From NCBI RefSeq assembly GCF_000018105.1, contig NC_009925.1, positions 6,180,001-6,212,000 of the forward strand: a stretch of 32,000 bases of DNA. Reading direction: 5' to 3'. The DNA is from Acaryochloris marina MBIC11017. Its GTDB lineage: Bacteria > Cyanobacteriota > Cyanobacteriia > Thermosynechococcales > Thermosynechococcaceae. A program made the position numbers and the translations under genes. The notes below the pieces were generated by a model, which worked only from the letters and a program-made list of their open reading frames with translations, did not search any database and was not told where the DNA came from. This document shows positions 1-9,093 of the stretch, in pieces (position 1 is the stretch's first letter; each line of letters opens with the position of its first letter).

Positions 1-54
1 TGCCTCGTGGCGTTCGAGAAAAAGTCGTGAATTGAGTTGGATACTCTACTACAG

Positions 55-699
55 TTACCAGTGCAAAATGAGTGGCATTGCAGGTCGAAAATCTTGGGTG
101 TGCCCCAGGGCACGATGTTCTAACGTGATTTCCATCAGATGTTCACAAGCTGATTGGATGGATAGGCGATCGCACCTTGATGCCAACGCCAACACCCCGT
201 CAGTGTCAATCGATGGTGTAGAAATGACCACCTCCGTAATCCTCTGGGAATTGCGTTCAGGTTGCGGTAGGGGTACACCCGGATTATGGAATGGGAAATA
301 GAAACAGAGCGGTTCCAGATAGTTCTCGGAATTGGCACCCACATGGAATCCTGTCGGGAGTGGAAAGTAGTCAGGTTGATAATGCCAGCCAGGGAAGGGC
401 ATGTCGGGGCTGGCATTATCTTTGCAGGGGACAAAAATGATGCCGAAGGGCGAGGCGGTGGGATCTGTTGCTCGCTCAGAAAAGTGCAGGTTTCGACCGG
501 GACCAGTGTTTGCCTCATGGGCATCTCGCACCCATAGGAATTCCACCATGCCATTGGCAAAGAAAAACCGACGGTTGGCAGTGCCCTGACCGGGATGAGT
601 GTTTCTTGAGCCTTCTCGAAAGCCTTGTTCAAGCAGTCGATCAGCCACCCTCGCGTCCGGCTCAACCAGTATAAAAACGTGATCCAGTGTCATGTTCAT
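55..699 (-). CDS. VOC / glyoxalase-like domain protein
   Basis: 214-aa ORF. The N-terminus LDHVFILV...GFREGSRNTHPGQGTANRRFFF resembles glyoxalase-like (Glyoxalase_3/VOC) proteins. It starts 6 nt after the upstream methyltransferase stop, an operon-like spacing. A second ATG lies at 693. Confidence 0.6.
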   Translation of the reverse strand: MNMTLDHVFILVEPDARVADRLLEQGFREGSRNTHPGQGTANRRFFFANGMVEFLWVRDAHEANTGPGRNLHFSERATDPTASPFGIIFVPCKDNASPDMPFPGWHYQPDYFPLPTGFHVGANSENYLEPLCFYFPFHNPGVPLPQPERNSQRITEVVISTPSIDTDGVLALASRCDRLSIQSACEHLMEITLEHRALGHTQDFRPAMPLILHW

Positions 700-705
700 G
701 GCCGT

Positions 706-1350
706 TTATGCAGGCTTCTTTGCCACGATGAACAGGATTTTGGCGTTACCGATGGGTGATTGATAATCCCCCGCTTGCCATTGGTAATCGATCTCAAACC
801 CTGCATCCGTCAAACTTGTCTCTAAGTCTTTTACTGTAAAGATCTTGACTAACGGAAAAAGTCCCAAGACTTTACCCACAGGGGCAATCAGCTTGAACCA
901 AGCCATCGTATCCCCCAGACACACTGTACTGGTGATGAAACATCCGCCCGGTTGGAGCATTTTATGGACCTGAGCGATCGCTGCTTCCTTGTTTTCGAGG
1001 AGGTGTAAAACATTCAATCCCAACACCGCATCGTAACTGCTGTCTGGGACGTTCAGCTCGTCAATGCTGGCTTGCTCAAAGGTGACGTTTAGGATGTTTT
1101 GGGCGGCGGCTTTTGCTTGAGCGATATCAATCATCTTGGATGAGAAATCGATCGCTTGGATATGGTGCACGTAAGGGGCATGGGCAATGGCCGTCGATCC
1201 GGTGCCACAACCAAACTCCAGCACGTTCATACTGGGCTGAAAATACTCCCGCGTGATTTGGAGTTTTTTCTGGTAAGCGGCTTCATCAGAGATCGGCTGC
1301 TTGGCATATTTCTCGGCGATTTTGTCCCAAAATTGGGTTGATGTCGTCAT
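706..1350 (-). CDS. class I SAM-dependent methyltransferase
   Basis: 214-aa ORF with the SAM-binding motif I VLEFGCGTGSTA and the downstream motifs DAVLGLNVLHLL and LQPGGCF. It is tightly packed between its neighbours. Confidence 0.8.
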   Translation of the reverse strand: MTTSTQFWDKIAEKYAKQPISDEAAYQKKLQITREYFQPSMNVLEFGCGTGSTAIAHAPYVHHIQAIDFSSKMIDIAQAKAAAQNILNVTFEQASIDELNVPDSSYDAVLGLNVLHLLENKEAAIAQVHKMLQPGGCFITSTVCLGDTMAWFKLIAPVGKVLGLFPLVKIFTVKDLETSLTDAGFEIDYQWQAGDYQSPIGNAKILFIVAKKPA

Positions 1351-1354
1351 GGAT

Positions 1355-1897
1355 TCAGCTCCTAGGTAAAGTAGCGTCAGTTTGTGCTGCGATGGTCTGA
1401 TAGAAATAGGCGATGTCCCGGCGCGATCGCAGATGATAAACCTGCTTGGTCGCCTTCACTTGCGCCATATAGTCCCGATATTTGGGCGTTAGTTTGGTGT
1501 GGCACAACCGGACGGTGGTATAGGAATTCAGCGTCCCTTTGAGTAACGGGCTTCCCTCCGGCCAACCAGCGGGTGGCACCCAAGCCCCTTGAAGAAAGCG
1601 TTTAGTCACCCACCAGTAATGCAACAGCACGGGCATATCGAGATAGACCAACGTATCGGCTGTGGCCAAACGCGGCCATAGGGTATCCATTGAGCCAAAG
1701 CCATCCATAATCCACTGGTCCTGTTGTAATAGGGCATCGTGAGCGGCTTTAAACTCAGCGTGGGGCACTTCGCTGCCACCCGGTTGGTACTGGATGGAAT
1801 CAAGGGGAAACCAAGGGAGTCCCGTTATCTCCCCAAGGCGTTTGCTGAGGGTGGACTTTCCCCCACCCGTGTTACCAAATACAGCAACTTTGTTCAT
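1355..1897 (-). CDS. P-loop NTPase (adenylate-kinase / topology-modulation-like)
   Basis: 180-aa ORF with an N-terminal Walker A motif, VAVFGNTGGGKSTLSKRL. It is the first gene of a three-gene minus-strand operon. A truncated paralogue lies at 16552. Confidence 0.7.
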   Translation of the reverse strand: MNKVAVFGNTGGGKSTLSKRLGEITGLPWFPLDSIQYQPGGSEVPHAEFKAAHDALLQQDQWIMDGFGSMDTLWPRLATADTLVYLDMPVLLHYWWVTKRFLQGAWVPPAGWPEGSPLLKGTLNSYTTVRLCHTKLTPKYRDYMAQVKATKQVYHLRSRRDIAYFYQTIAAQTDATLPRS

Positions 1898-2020
1898 GGA
1901 TAGTTCCTCAGTGGGTTCTGTTCAGTGGCTGTTTAACGGAATCACATGGAATCAATACAAATTGGCGTAGCTAAGCTAACGGGTATCACGCCGATAGCCT
2001 ATCGTGATCAAACGTTACAG

Positions 2021-2608
2021 TTACAAACCTGTGTGGCTCTCTTGGTAGGCTGTTCTCGATTTGATGCGCTCGATGTAACTCACAACCTTCTGCGATGCTG
2101 TCATCATATTAAAGCCGCAAAATAATGCGAGCGTACCGCCAAAGACGACATCTGCTGCAGTGAACTTTTCCCCGAGTGCCCAGCCAGTAGCAGGTGTCAT
2201 CGATTCGACTGCGGCCATGGCACGCGGTATATCTCCCCAACCCATCGTTTGCGGCTTGATATCGTTGATTCCAAGCGAGGTGACCGACAGAAGCGGTTCA
2301 AGGGTGGTACCCGGGAAGAAGAGATACCGATAATACCTGCCGCGCTCTGGTGAGCCGGGAGATGGCGCAAACTCTTTCTCTGCAAACTTGTCAGCCAGGT
2401 ATGCACAGATCGCAGCAGTTTCGGTGATAACTGCGTCACCATCGACGAGTGTGGGGACTTTGCCCATTGGGTTGATTGCCCGGTACTCAGGTGAATTTTG
2501 CTCACCAGCTTGAACATCGATAACGATCCGTTCGTGCTCGGCGTCGAGTTCCCTGAGCATCCAGTCGGAAGTCAAGGCCCGGCTCATCGAGTTGAAGTAG
2601 TGCTTCAT
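2021..2608 (-). CDS. glutathione S-transferase family protein
   Basis: 195-aa ORF. INPMGKVPTLVDGDAVITETAAICAYLADKF is a typical GST N-terminal thioredoxin-fold motif. Confidence 0.75.
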   Translation of the reverse strand: MKHYFNSMSRALTSDWMLRELDAEHERIVIDVQAGEQNSPEYRAINPMGKVPTLVDGDAVITETAAICAYLADKFAEKEFAPSPGSPERGRYYRYLFFPGTTLEPLLSVTSLGINDIKPQTMGWGDIPRAMAAVESMTPATGWALGEKFTAADVVFGGTLALFCGFNMMTASQKVVSYIERIKSRTAYQESHTGL

Positions 2609-2696
2609 CTGTGTAGCTCCTTCGTAATGAATATTTTGGGTTCTGATAAATTAAGGGACTCAAACACAAGATTCATCGTTTTCTCCTTCAATTCGG

Positions 2697-3143
2697 TTAC
2701 GATGACACTGCCGCATCGATCGCAGGTCGCTTAAGAGATGGATTCCGCCACCGCACCGCCGACCAGATAATGAATGACAGCGCGGTGACCTCAACGATTA
2801 GATGAAAGGTATCGTCTAAATCGGTTGAGCCAGTCACAATTACCAACGAGATGTAAAGTACCGCGATGATGATGTTTGCCCACCGATTGGCACGATAGGG
2901 TAATAGTCTGGAGAGAAGAATCATGGAAATCGGAATCTCAAGCATGACACCGCCCAACAGCAGCATATGTTCTTGGATGGGATTCCCATTGAGTGTCCCG
3001 GTCATAATCTCTTCAACGAAGCCAGGTTCTACAAATTCATGAATATCTCGGAAGATGATATTGAGTAGAAACAGCAGCCACAGGGTCGATAGCTTCGCTT
3101 TCGTCTCGATTGCCAGTATCTGCTTTTGCACATTCATATTCAT
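2697..3143 (-). CDS. integral membrane protein (DUF6326-like)
   Basis: 148-aa hydrophobic ORF. KLSTLWLLFLLNIIFRDI ... LEIPISMILLSRLLPYRANRWANII matches my recollection of the DUF6326 family. Its start overlaps the upstream stop by 4 nt (ATGA). Confidence 0.6.
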   Translation of the reverse strand: MNMNVQKQILAIETKAKLSTLWLLFLLNIIFRDIHEFVEPGFVEEIMTGTLNGNPIQEHMLLLGGVMLEIPISMILLSRLLPYRANRWANIIIAVLYISLVIVTGSTDLDDTFHLIVEVTALSFIIWSAVRWRNPSLKRPAIDAAVSS

Positions 3144-3406
3144 TCTCCTTTGTTTGCATTTTTGGTCTGTTCGCGTTGGACAGGTGTAACTGAGACCAGT
3201 GACAGCCCCAAATCACGCACCTTGATCAACACGCCATGAAGCGCGGCCTGATCTACTACCGGGCCAGACAACAGCGTTTCACCGTTGTCCTTGAGCGCGA
3301 TCACAAATCCCTCAAACCAGTGGCTCCAGCGCTGATCAAGATGTCCCTTGATACGAATCTCGTACTGTTGGTGATGATTTGCGGCAGAACTGTGGGGTTG
3401 ACTCAT
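3140..3406 (-). CDS. small conserved hypothetical protein
   Basis: 88-aa ORF translationally coupled to the membrane gene. The GHLDxxWxxWFEG...DQAALHGVLxKVRDLGLSLVSV pattern looks like a conserved small protein of unknown function. Confidence 0.5.
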   Translation of the reverse strand: MSQPHSSAANHHQQYEIRIKGHLDQRWSHWFEGFVIALKDNGETLLSGPVVDQAALHGVLIKVRDLGLSLVSVTPVQREQTKNANKGE

Positions 3407-3452
3407 GGGAGTTGCGATCGCCTTGGCGTTAACAACTCAAAAATACAAACGG

Positions 3453-3477
3453 ATGTGGGGAGCTGTTGTCCCCACAT
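3453..3477 (-). terminator. stem-loop, probable intrinsic terminator for the oxidoreductase gene
   Basis: The 9-bp perfect stem ATGTGGGGA (3453-3461) pairs with TCCCCACAT (3469-3477) around a 7-nt loop. On the minus strand it is followed by the T-rich stretch CCGTTTGTATTTTTGAG. Confidence 0.5.
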
Positions 3478-3622
3478 GTGGGGATTAGAGGTGAGGATTT
3501 ATGAATGAGTTTTGTGGGGAGGAGCCTCTAACTCTTCTATATCGTCTCGTCTGTACTGCGCGATCAAAACTTTAGCCAGGGTCAGATGTTCATATTCGCA
3601 CAAGTATTCTACTGACATGACA

Positions 3623-5278
3623 CTAGGACAATGCAGATGCCTTGGCCATAGTGGGCTTATCCGTGTTACTTTCAACAGCTTTCACCTTGGCTGCTGCCAT
3701 AAAGGCTTGGAGAATCGAAATTCCATCAGAGAGCTGACTCGCAGTTAACAGCGCCCCCATCATCGAACCGACAATTCCCAGCATGTACACATCACTGCCC
3801 GTCATATAGAGACCGGGAATCGGTGTTTGAATCTTCGTCCAGGCCCGATTTTGAGGTGCGAACCGATCCACCAGCATCGGCAGCCCATACATCCCCCCTT
3901 TGGGATGGTCTGTAAAGTGCTCATTCGTAAGTGGGGTTGAGACTTCACAATAATCCACCAAGTCTGTAAATCCTGGATAGTGTTGCTCGACCAGATCTAA
4001 CAACACACTTTGGATGCGGTCCTTAAGGGCTTGGTACTGCTCGTCACGGTGCAACCAACCCTGATCACGCCAAGAGGCAAAGCTGTCATAATCGGCCAAG
4101 GCAATAATCTCAGCCGTATGTTTTGTAGCCTTAGGATCTTTGAGCGATGGGAAGGACAGATAGGCTTGGAGCGGCTGGCCAGACTGGAGCCACTTTCCCT
4201 TTTCACACTCCACAGCCTGATGATCAAAGGTGGTGTAAATCCAGTGATTTTCCCCTTGGAAGCCGAGTTGACGCGGATCTTCAGAAAAGCCAATGTAGAG
4301 TGCCACATTGGTTGCTGGAGACTGCTTCTCAACAAACTGTTTCAGAGAATTCCGGAACGGAATGGGATAGTGAGCCGGAATGAACTTGAGATAGGTATTG
4401 TAGGCACCCGCATTGGAGATTATTACCGGTGCATAGTACTCCTCGAACGCCTGATCTCTAGCTTTCAGGTTGCGGACTCTCACGCCAACAGCCTGCCCCT
4501 CATCCAATAAAATTTCGTCCACCTCTCGGTTAACCAAGACATTACCATTGTGATCTTCAACGACCTGCTGTACCGCCTGGGCAATGGTGCCTGCGCCACC
4601 TACGGGATAATAGCCGCCGTTGAGATAGTGAGTGGCAATGGTGGCATGGAGAGCAAAGGGACTTGCTGCTGGAGATACGCCATAATCTAACCATTGGGAG
4701 GCCAATAATGCCTTAAGTTTTGGATCCTGGAAGTGTTGATCAAGGTATTCCTGGGTCGTTAAGCTTAAATCAATACCGTGCCAGAGCTTGGCAACTTGAC
4801 CGACGAGCTTGGACAGAAAAGAGCCGTTCTGCTTGGCTGCATCGAGGAAGAGAGCAGCAGATCCTTTCTTGAGATCTTTGAAATATTGTCGAATTGCTGG
4901 GGCTTCCGCCGAAAACCGCTCGATTAAATCTGCCTGGTACTGCTGCGGATCATCGTAGAGATCAAACGTTAAACCTGGATACACAAACTTCTCAAACAGG
5001 TTAGGCATCTTCTGCCATTGCACCTGCTGATGGGTGACCAGATCAAACAGATGGCGGGTACTGGAACCAGGTCGCATTTGGCCAACGTAATGTAATCCCG
5101 GATCCCAATGAAACCCTTTGCGCTGGAAGGAGTGGGTAAACCCGCCAGCAATGAAATGGCGCTCTAAGATCAAGACCCGTTTACCGCGTAGTTGCGCCAT
5201 GAGGCTGGCTACGGTCAGCGCTCCAATACCGGAACCAATCAAAATCAGATCATAGTCTTGTTGAGTTGTAGATTTCAT
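3623..5278 (-). CDS. FAD/NAD(P)-dependent oxidoreductase, phytoene desaturase (CrtI)/retinol-saturase-like family
   Basis: The long ORF has an N-terminal dinucleotide-binding motif, DLILIGSGIGALTVASLMAQLRGKRVLILERH. I prefer the ATG at 5278 because GGAGGG lies 5-6 nt upstream. The ORF track begins at the GTG at 5290. Confidence 0.75.
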   Translation of the reverse strand: MKSTTQQDYDLILIGSGIGALTVASLMAQLRGKRVLILERHFIAGGFTHSFQRKGFHWDPGLHYVGQMRPGSSTRHLFDLVTHQQVQWQKMPNLFEKFVYPGLTFDLYDDPQQYQADLIERFSAEAPAIRQYFKDLKKGSAALFLDAAKQNGSFLSKLVGQVAKLWHGIDLSLTTQEYLDQHFQDPKLKALLASQWLDYGVSPAASPFALHATIATHYLNGGYYPVGGAGTIAQAVQQVVEDHNGNVLVNREVDEILLDEGQAVGVRVRNLKARDQAFEEYYAPVIISNAGAYNTYLKFIPAHYPIPFRNSLKQFVEKQSPATNVALYIGFSEDPRQLGFQGENHWIYTTFDHQAVECEKGKWLQSGQPLQAYLSFPSLKDPKATKHTAEIIALADYDSFASWRDQGWLHRDEQYQALKDRIQSVLLDLVEQHYPGFTDLVDYCEVSTPLTNEHFTDHPKGGMYGLPMLVDRFAPQNRAWTKIQTPIPGLYMTGSDVYMLGIVGSMMGALLTASQLSDGISILQAFMAAAKVKAVESNTDKPTMAKASALS

Positions 5279-5325
5279 GATGCCCTCCACAATTTTCAGT
5301 GAGCGTTTCAGGAGATAGACACAAA

Positions 5326-5408
5326 AATGTTTACACTGGCAACATTACTATAGATCTTGAAGTTGACGCTGTCAACATAGAGGCATACAATTTGTAACGG
5401 TTCCGTTA
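5326..5408. promoter_or_regulatory. divergent promoter region with three short palindromes (candidate TetR operators)
   Basis: The palindromes are AATGTT-N9-AACATT (5326-5346), GTTGAC-GCT-GTCAAC (5362-5376) and TAACGG-TT-CCGTTA (5395-5408). All lie between the divergent oxidoreductase and TetR genes. Confidence 0.4.
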
Positions 5409-5422
5409 AAGCTCCACTAGTG

Positions 5423-6061
5423 ATGCCTAAGCCCACCAAGGAGACGCCTTATCATCACGGCGATCTGCGTCAGTCGCTCATAGATGCGGCGTTGGAATTG
5501 ATTGCTCAAGAGCAGGATGCCAAAACCCTATCGCTCCGCAAAGTGGCGCGTCAGGTGGGGGTGTCTCATACGGCCCCCTATCGCCATTTTGCAGATAAGG
5601 AAGCACTTTTAGCGGCGGTGGCTGAAGAGGGGTTTCGGCTGCTTTTTGATGCGCTCAAGCAGGATATGGAGGTGGCTGAAGATCCTGTGGAGCAGCTGCA
5701 GGTGAGTGGGGTGGCCTATGTTCAGTTTGCCCTGTCCCATCCGTCCCATTATCGGGTGATGTTTGGGGCATTTCAGGCTAATCATCCAGATTACCCAGCA
5801 CTGAATGAGGCAGGAAGGAAAGCATTTGGGGTGATGGTGGAAGCGATCTCAACTGGCCAAACCCTAGGCAAGATCAAAGTCAACAATCCCCAAGAACTGG
5901 CTTGGGTAGCTTGGTCCTTAGTACATGGTCTGGCAATGCTTTTGATTGAACAACAGTTGCCCCTCAAAGATGAGAAAGCGATTATCGCATTGACTCAATT
6001 GGCGACGGCATCATTAACTCAGGGACTACGGAGTAACATTGATTCCAAAAGTGAGGAGTAG
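5423..6061 (+). CDS. TetR/AcrR family transcriptional regulator
   Basis: The N-terminal HTH is LSLRKVARQVGVSHTAPYRHFADKEALL. Length is about 212 aa. It is divergent from the FAD oxidoreductase gene. Confidence 0.85.
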   Translation: MPKPTKETPYHHGDLRQSLIDAALELIAQEQDAKTLSLRKVARQVGVSHTAPYRHFADKEALLAAVAEEGFRLLFDALKQDMEVAEDPVEQLQVSGVAYVQFALSHPSHYRVMFGAFQANHPDYPALNEAGRKAFGVMVEAISTGQTLGKIKVNNPQELAWVAWSLVHGLAMLLIEQQLPLKDEKAIIALTQLATASLTQGLRSNIDSKSEE

Positions 6062-6119
6062 GGCAGCATTTACTGCTACTCTGCCCCACTCATAAGGTGT
6101 GAAGGGTTGGATCATCTTC

Positions 6120-7202
6120 TCAAATAGGATGGACAACCCCAAACGTATCCTCTAAGCAATGACTAATCACCCAATCTTTATGTTCAAGGGCATAAGTTGG
6201 CTGACTGACCCTCGGTAGATATTGACTGCGCTCATAGCCCTCTACATCCGGTACAAGAGTCCACAGAATTTGCAACAAATTCCAGACTGCTCGGAGTTGA
6301 TTGCCAGTGGATCGTTGTACCGTAGGGCTATGAGCCACATAGCGGCGGACGATGGTTTCAAAATCTTCGGGTGGCTGACCTCCAACTTCTAGAACAGCAT
6401 GAGTAGAACCGCCCATACCAAAAGCGTTCCGACGATATTCCTCGGCATAGTAGCGCATTTGCGATTGCAAAAAGGGAGAAAGACCTTGGACTCTCAGCGC
6501 TTTGAGAAACATCTTTTCAGAAATATCAATGTACCGCACTGGGCGATTGAGAACTCGTTCAAAGGTCTGTGCAATGTCTTTGGGAGACAGGAGTTTAGGC
6601 CCCGTTGGGCGGTAAGTTTTGCCGATATGTGGTGCAGGATTAGTCAGGGCACCAACGATCACTCTGGCAATATCTTCATTAGAGGGGGGTGGATTCAGTC
6701 CCTGACCTAAAGGCATCGGCATTAGTCCTAATTGTGCGATCGGCTCCAGGATTGCCATATAGTTGTCTGCAAACCAGCCTGGGTTCACGGTCACCACATC
6801 CACATCCGGCATCCAGGATAGAACTGAGTCCATCAGATTGGTGACGCGGGTCGCAAAGGAAGGATGTTGGGGATGAGACAGCCACTGCCCCATCATCACC
6901 ACAACTTCTAGCTTGATGACTTGTGCTGCCACGGCAAAACTAACGCCAGAGAATAAGGGATTCGGGATGCCGGGTAAGCACAGATACGCACGCTGAATAC
7001 CCTGCATGACTTGATTGAGGGTGGCCATATCGGCCATATCACCAATGAAGATTTCAGCCCCTGCTCGCTCAAGCTGTGTGGTGTTGGGTCTTCGGGTACG
7101 GACGAAGGCGCGTACTGGGTAGCCTTTGTCCAATAGCTGCAAGGTTGCCGCAAAGCCAGTTTTGCCATTGGCATTGGTAACAAGAATTTTGGGTAGGGTC
7201 AT
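6120..7202 (-). CDS. NmrA-family NAD(P)-binding protein (paralogue B)
   Basis: 360-aa ORF. ILVTNANGKTGFAATLQLLDKGYPVRAFVR is a Rossmann GxxGxxG-type start. It shares the long conserved blocks PPSNEDIARV and HIGK.YRPTGP with the upstream gene. Confidence 0.75.
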   Translation of the reverse strand: MTLPKILVTNANGKTGFAATLQLLDKGYPVRAFVRTRRPNTTQLERAGAEIFIGDMADMATLNQVMQGIQRAYLCLPGIPNPLFSGVSFAVAAQVIKLEVVVMMGQWLSHPQHPSFATRVTNLMDSVLSWMPDVDVVTVNPGWFADNYMAILEPIAQLGLMPMPLGQGLNPPPSNEDIARVIVGALTNPAPHIGKTYRPTGPKLLSPKDIAQTFERVLNRPVRYIDISEKMFLKALRVQGLSPFLQSQMRYYAEEYRRNAFGMGGSTHAVLEVGGQPPEDFETIVRRYVAHSPTVQRSTGNQLRAVWNLLQILWTLVPDVEGYERSQYLPRVSQPTYALEHKDWVISHCLEDTFGVVHPI

Positions 7203-7212
7203 AATGATTTCC

Positions 7213-8322
7213 TTAGGTTAGTGGAGCGTATTGGGGGTTACGAAGCTGGAGTAAGTTGAGCTGCTGCTGTTGGGCACTGACAACCCAGTTTGGGTTATGG
7301 ACTGCAAGTTGGGTCTGTTTAAGGAGAGGGTGGTTGCGATCGCGTTCCCATTCCTCCCAATCTGGAACCCGACTGAACAGGGTCCGCACCAGCAAAGTAA
7401 TGGCCCCAATCTTGCTCATGTGTGCCAACCGAGGATGAATCAGTGCTGGATTTTGGAGATATCGATGGGCTGTCTGTTCAAAGGACTCAGGCTTTTGTCC
7501 AGTCACCTGCTCCACATGATGAGTTGGGGTGCCAACTTCAAAGCTGCCGTGGCGAATGTCATCCGCGTAGTATCGCATTTGGGCTGTCTCAAAATCCGGG
7601 AACCCCAACGCTTTAGCAGCCTTTGCAAACATTTTGAGCGAGGTATCTTGATACTTGACTCGGCGATCGAGAATCTTGCTGAGAATATTCGCCATGTCGT
7701 GCGTTGACAGCAAGTCCGGCCCAGTGGGTCGATAGCTCTTGCCAATATGAGGTGCTGGATCGACGAGGGCGCTCGCTGCAACGCGAGCAATATCTTCGTT
7801 AGAGGGTGGGGCATTGCGACCTTCACCAAAGGGTGCCATCAGCAAGCCAAAGTGAGTAATCATTGGCAAACCCAGCAGGTATACAAAGGCAAAGATGCCG
7901 GGGTTGATGTGAATGACGTCCACTGAGGGCATCCAGCGGTATAGGTGGTTAGCAATCCAATGCTCCCGACTTATATAGGAGGGGTGTGTCGCATGGGGGT
8001 TCCATTGACTCATAAGGGTAACCACTTCGAGGTGGGCTTCTTCAGCTGCGATCGCAAACAACATTGCCCCATGCAATAGATTGGGTGCAAAGGGTGGACA
8101 GTAATAGGCCCGCTGCACCTCTAGTAGAGCTGTACGCAGATCACGAAAATCAAACAGGTCACCGATAAACAGCTCGGCTCCGGCCTTTTCGAGCTGCACC
8201 GCGCGGGCACTCCTACGGCGCACAAAGGCCCGAACTGGAAAGCCTTTTTCTAGTAGCTGGAATACCGCTGCAGAACCCGTGCGTCCAGCGGCAGCGGTCA
8301 CGAGAATCTTAGGATGTTGCAT
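7213..8322 (-). CDS. NmrA-family NAD(P)-binding protein (paralogue A)
   Basis: 369-aa ORF starting ILVTAAAGRTGSAAVFQLLEKGFPVRAFVR. By eye it is roughly half identical to the 6120-7202 product, with a 10-nt intergenic gap. Confidence 0.75.
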   Translation of the reverse strand: MQHPKILVTAAAGRTGSAAVFQLLEKGFPVRAFVRRRSARAVQLEKAGAELFIGDLFDFRDLRTALLEVQRAYYCPPFAPNLLHGAMLFAIAAEEAHLEVVTLMSQWNPHATHPSYISREHWIANHLYRWMPSVDVIHINPGIFAFVYLLGLPMITHFGLLMAPFGEGRNAPPSNEDIARVAASALVDPAPHIGKSYRPTGPDLLSTHDMANILSKILDRRVKYQDTSLKMFAKAAKALGFPDFETAQMRYYADDIRHGSFEVGTPTHHVEQVTGQKPESFEQTAHRYLQNPALIHPRLAHMSKIGAITLLVRTLFSRVPDWEEWERDRNHPLLKQTQLAVHNPNWVVSAQQQQLNLLQLRNPQYAPLT

Positions 8323-8393
8323 TGATTCGTCTCCACATTAGAAACACTTCGACAGAGTTACAGAATAAATAGTCTGAAATTAATCAAAAAAAA

Positions 8394-8975
8394 TTACGAC
8401 AGGATCTGCAGCGCAAATTTTAGGTGCTGCTGGATCTCTTGAACGGCGTGGCCACTGCGGGCCAGCATCAGAGCGCTGCGAAATTCAGTGGTTAGATAGA
8501 TTGCTAAGGCATCTAGTTCCTCCTGTGGTTTAAGTTCATCTTTCTGGACGGCCTGGGTCAGGCAACCTTTGAGAACTTTGGCGATATCAGCAAAAAAGTC
8601 TTTGACGACTGCGTTGATCTCCGGGTCTCTGAGGCCCACTTCAATGCCAGTGCTACACATCAGGCACCCGTGGGGGTAATCCTCCTGGGTAATCAGATGA
8701 GGTACCTTGTCAAAAAACTCTTGGATTTCAGGCAAGGATGCGCCGGGTCGCCGGATCGGGCTTTGGATATCTTGGTGGCGATCGCTGGCGTACTGACTTA
8801 GAACCTTCTTGAACAACTCCCGTTTGGGGCCAAAGGTGCCATAGATGCCATATTTGGCGACGCCAGAGTGCTTGACCACCTCATCAACAGAGGTATCGTA
8901 GTAGCCTTTCTCCCAGAACACCTGAATGGCAGCCTGGAGAGCGGCTTGAGGATCAAACTCTCGGGGACGGGGCAT
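8394..8975 (-). CDS. TetR/AcrR family transcriptional regulator
   Basis: 193-aa ORF with the HTH SVDEVVKHSGVAKYGIYGTF. It shares the N-terminus MPRPREF with the TetR at 20167. It lies upstream of, and co-directional with, the two NmrA genes. Confidence 0.85.
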   Translation of the reverse strand: MPRPREFDPQAALQAAIQVFWEKGYYDTSVDEVVKHSGVAKYGIYGTFGPKRELFKKVLSQYASDRHQDIQSPIRRPGASLPEIQEFFDKVPHLITQEDYPHGCLMCSTGIEVGLRDPEINAVVKDFFADIAKVLKGCLTQAVQKDELKPQEELDALAIYLTTEFRSALMLARSGHAVQEIQQHLKFALQILS

Positions 8976-8985
8976 AATTTCATAC

Positions 8986-9025
8986 TAAGTCGTCTGGAAT
9001 AAATACAGACTAAATCGTCTGAAAT
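8986..9025. promoter_or_regulatory. repeated motif upstream of the TetR gene (candidate operator)
   Basis: TAAGTCGTCTGGAAT (8986-9000) and TAAATCGTCTGAAAT (9011-9025) form a direct repeat with a 25-bp period. GTCTG (8992-8996) and CAGAC (9006-9010) form an inverted pair. The 9-mer GTCTGAAAT recurs at 8372-8380, between the TetR and NmrA genes, next to GAATAAATA. Confidence 0.4.
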
Positions 9026-9093
9026 GAGATGTCAAGTCTTGGGCTGTGAAAACGTTGAAGTTTAAGATTCCTGCTGGTAGTGAAGTCTGCTGA

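Noticed and set aside
135-665. A 176-aa ORF, plus several 60-90-aa ORFs, overlap the VOC gene in other frames.
   Set aside because: They lie entirely inside a better-supported ORF that has recognisable family motifs. Their composition (P/S/R/W-rich) is typical of off-frame translation.
6061-6086. The hairpin GGGCAG-N14-CTGCCC lies between the convergent TetR and NmrA genes and could be a bidirectional terminator.
   Set aside because: The stem is only 6 bp, the loop is long, and there is no flanking U-tract. This is too weak to annotate.
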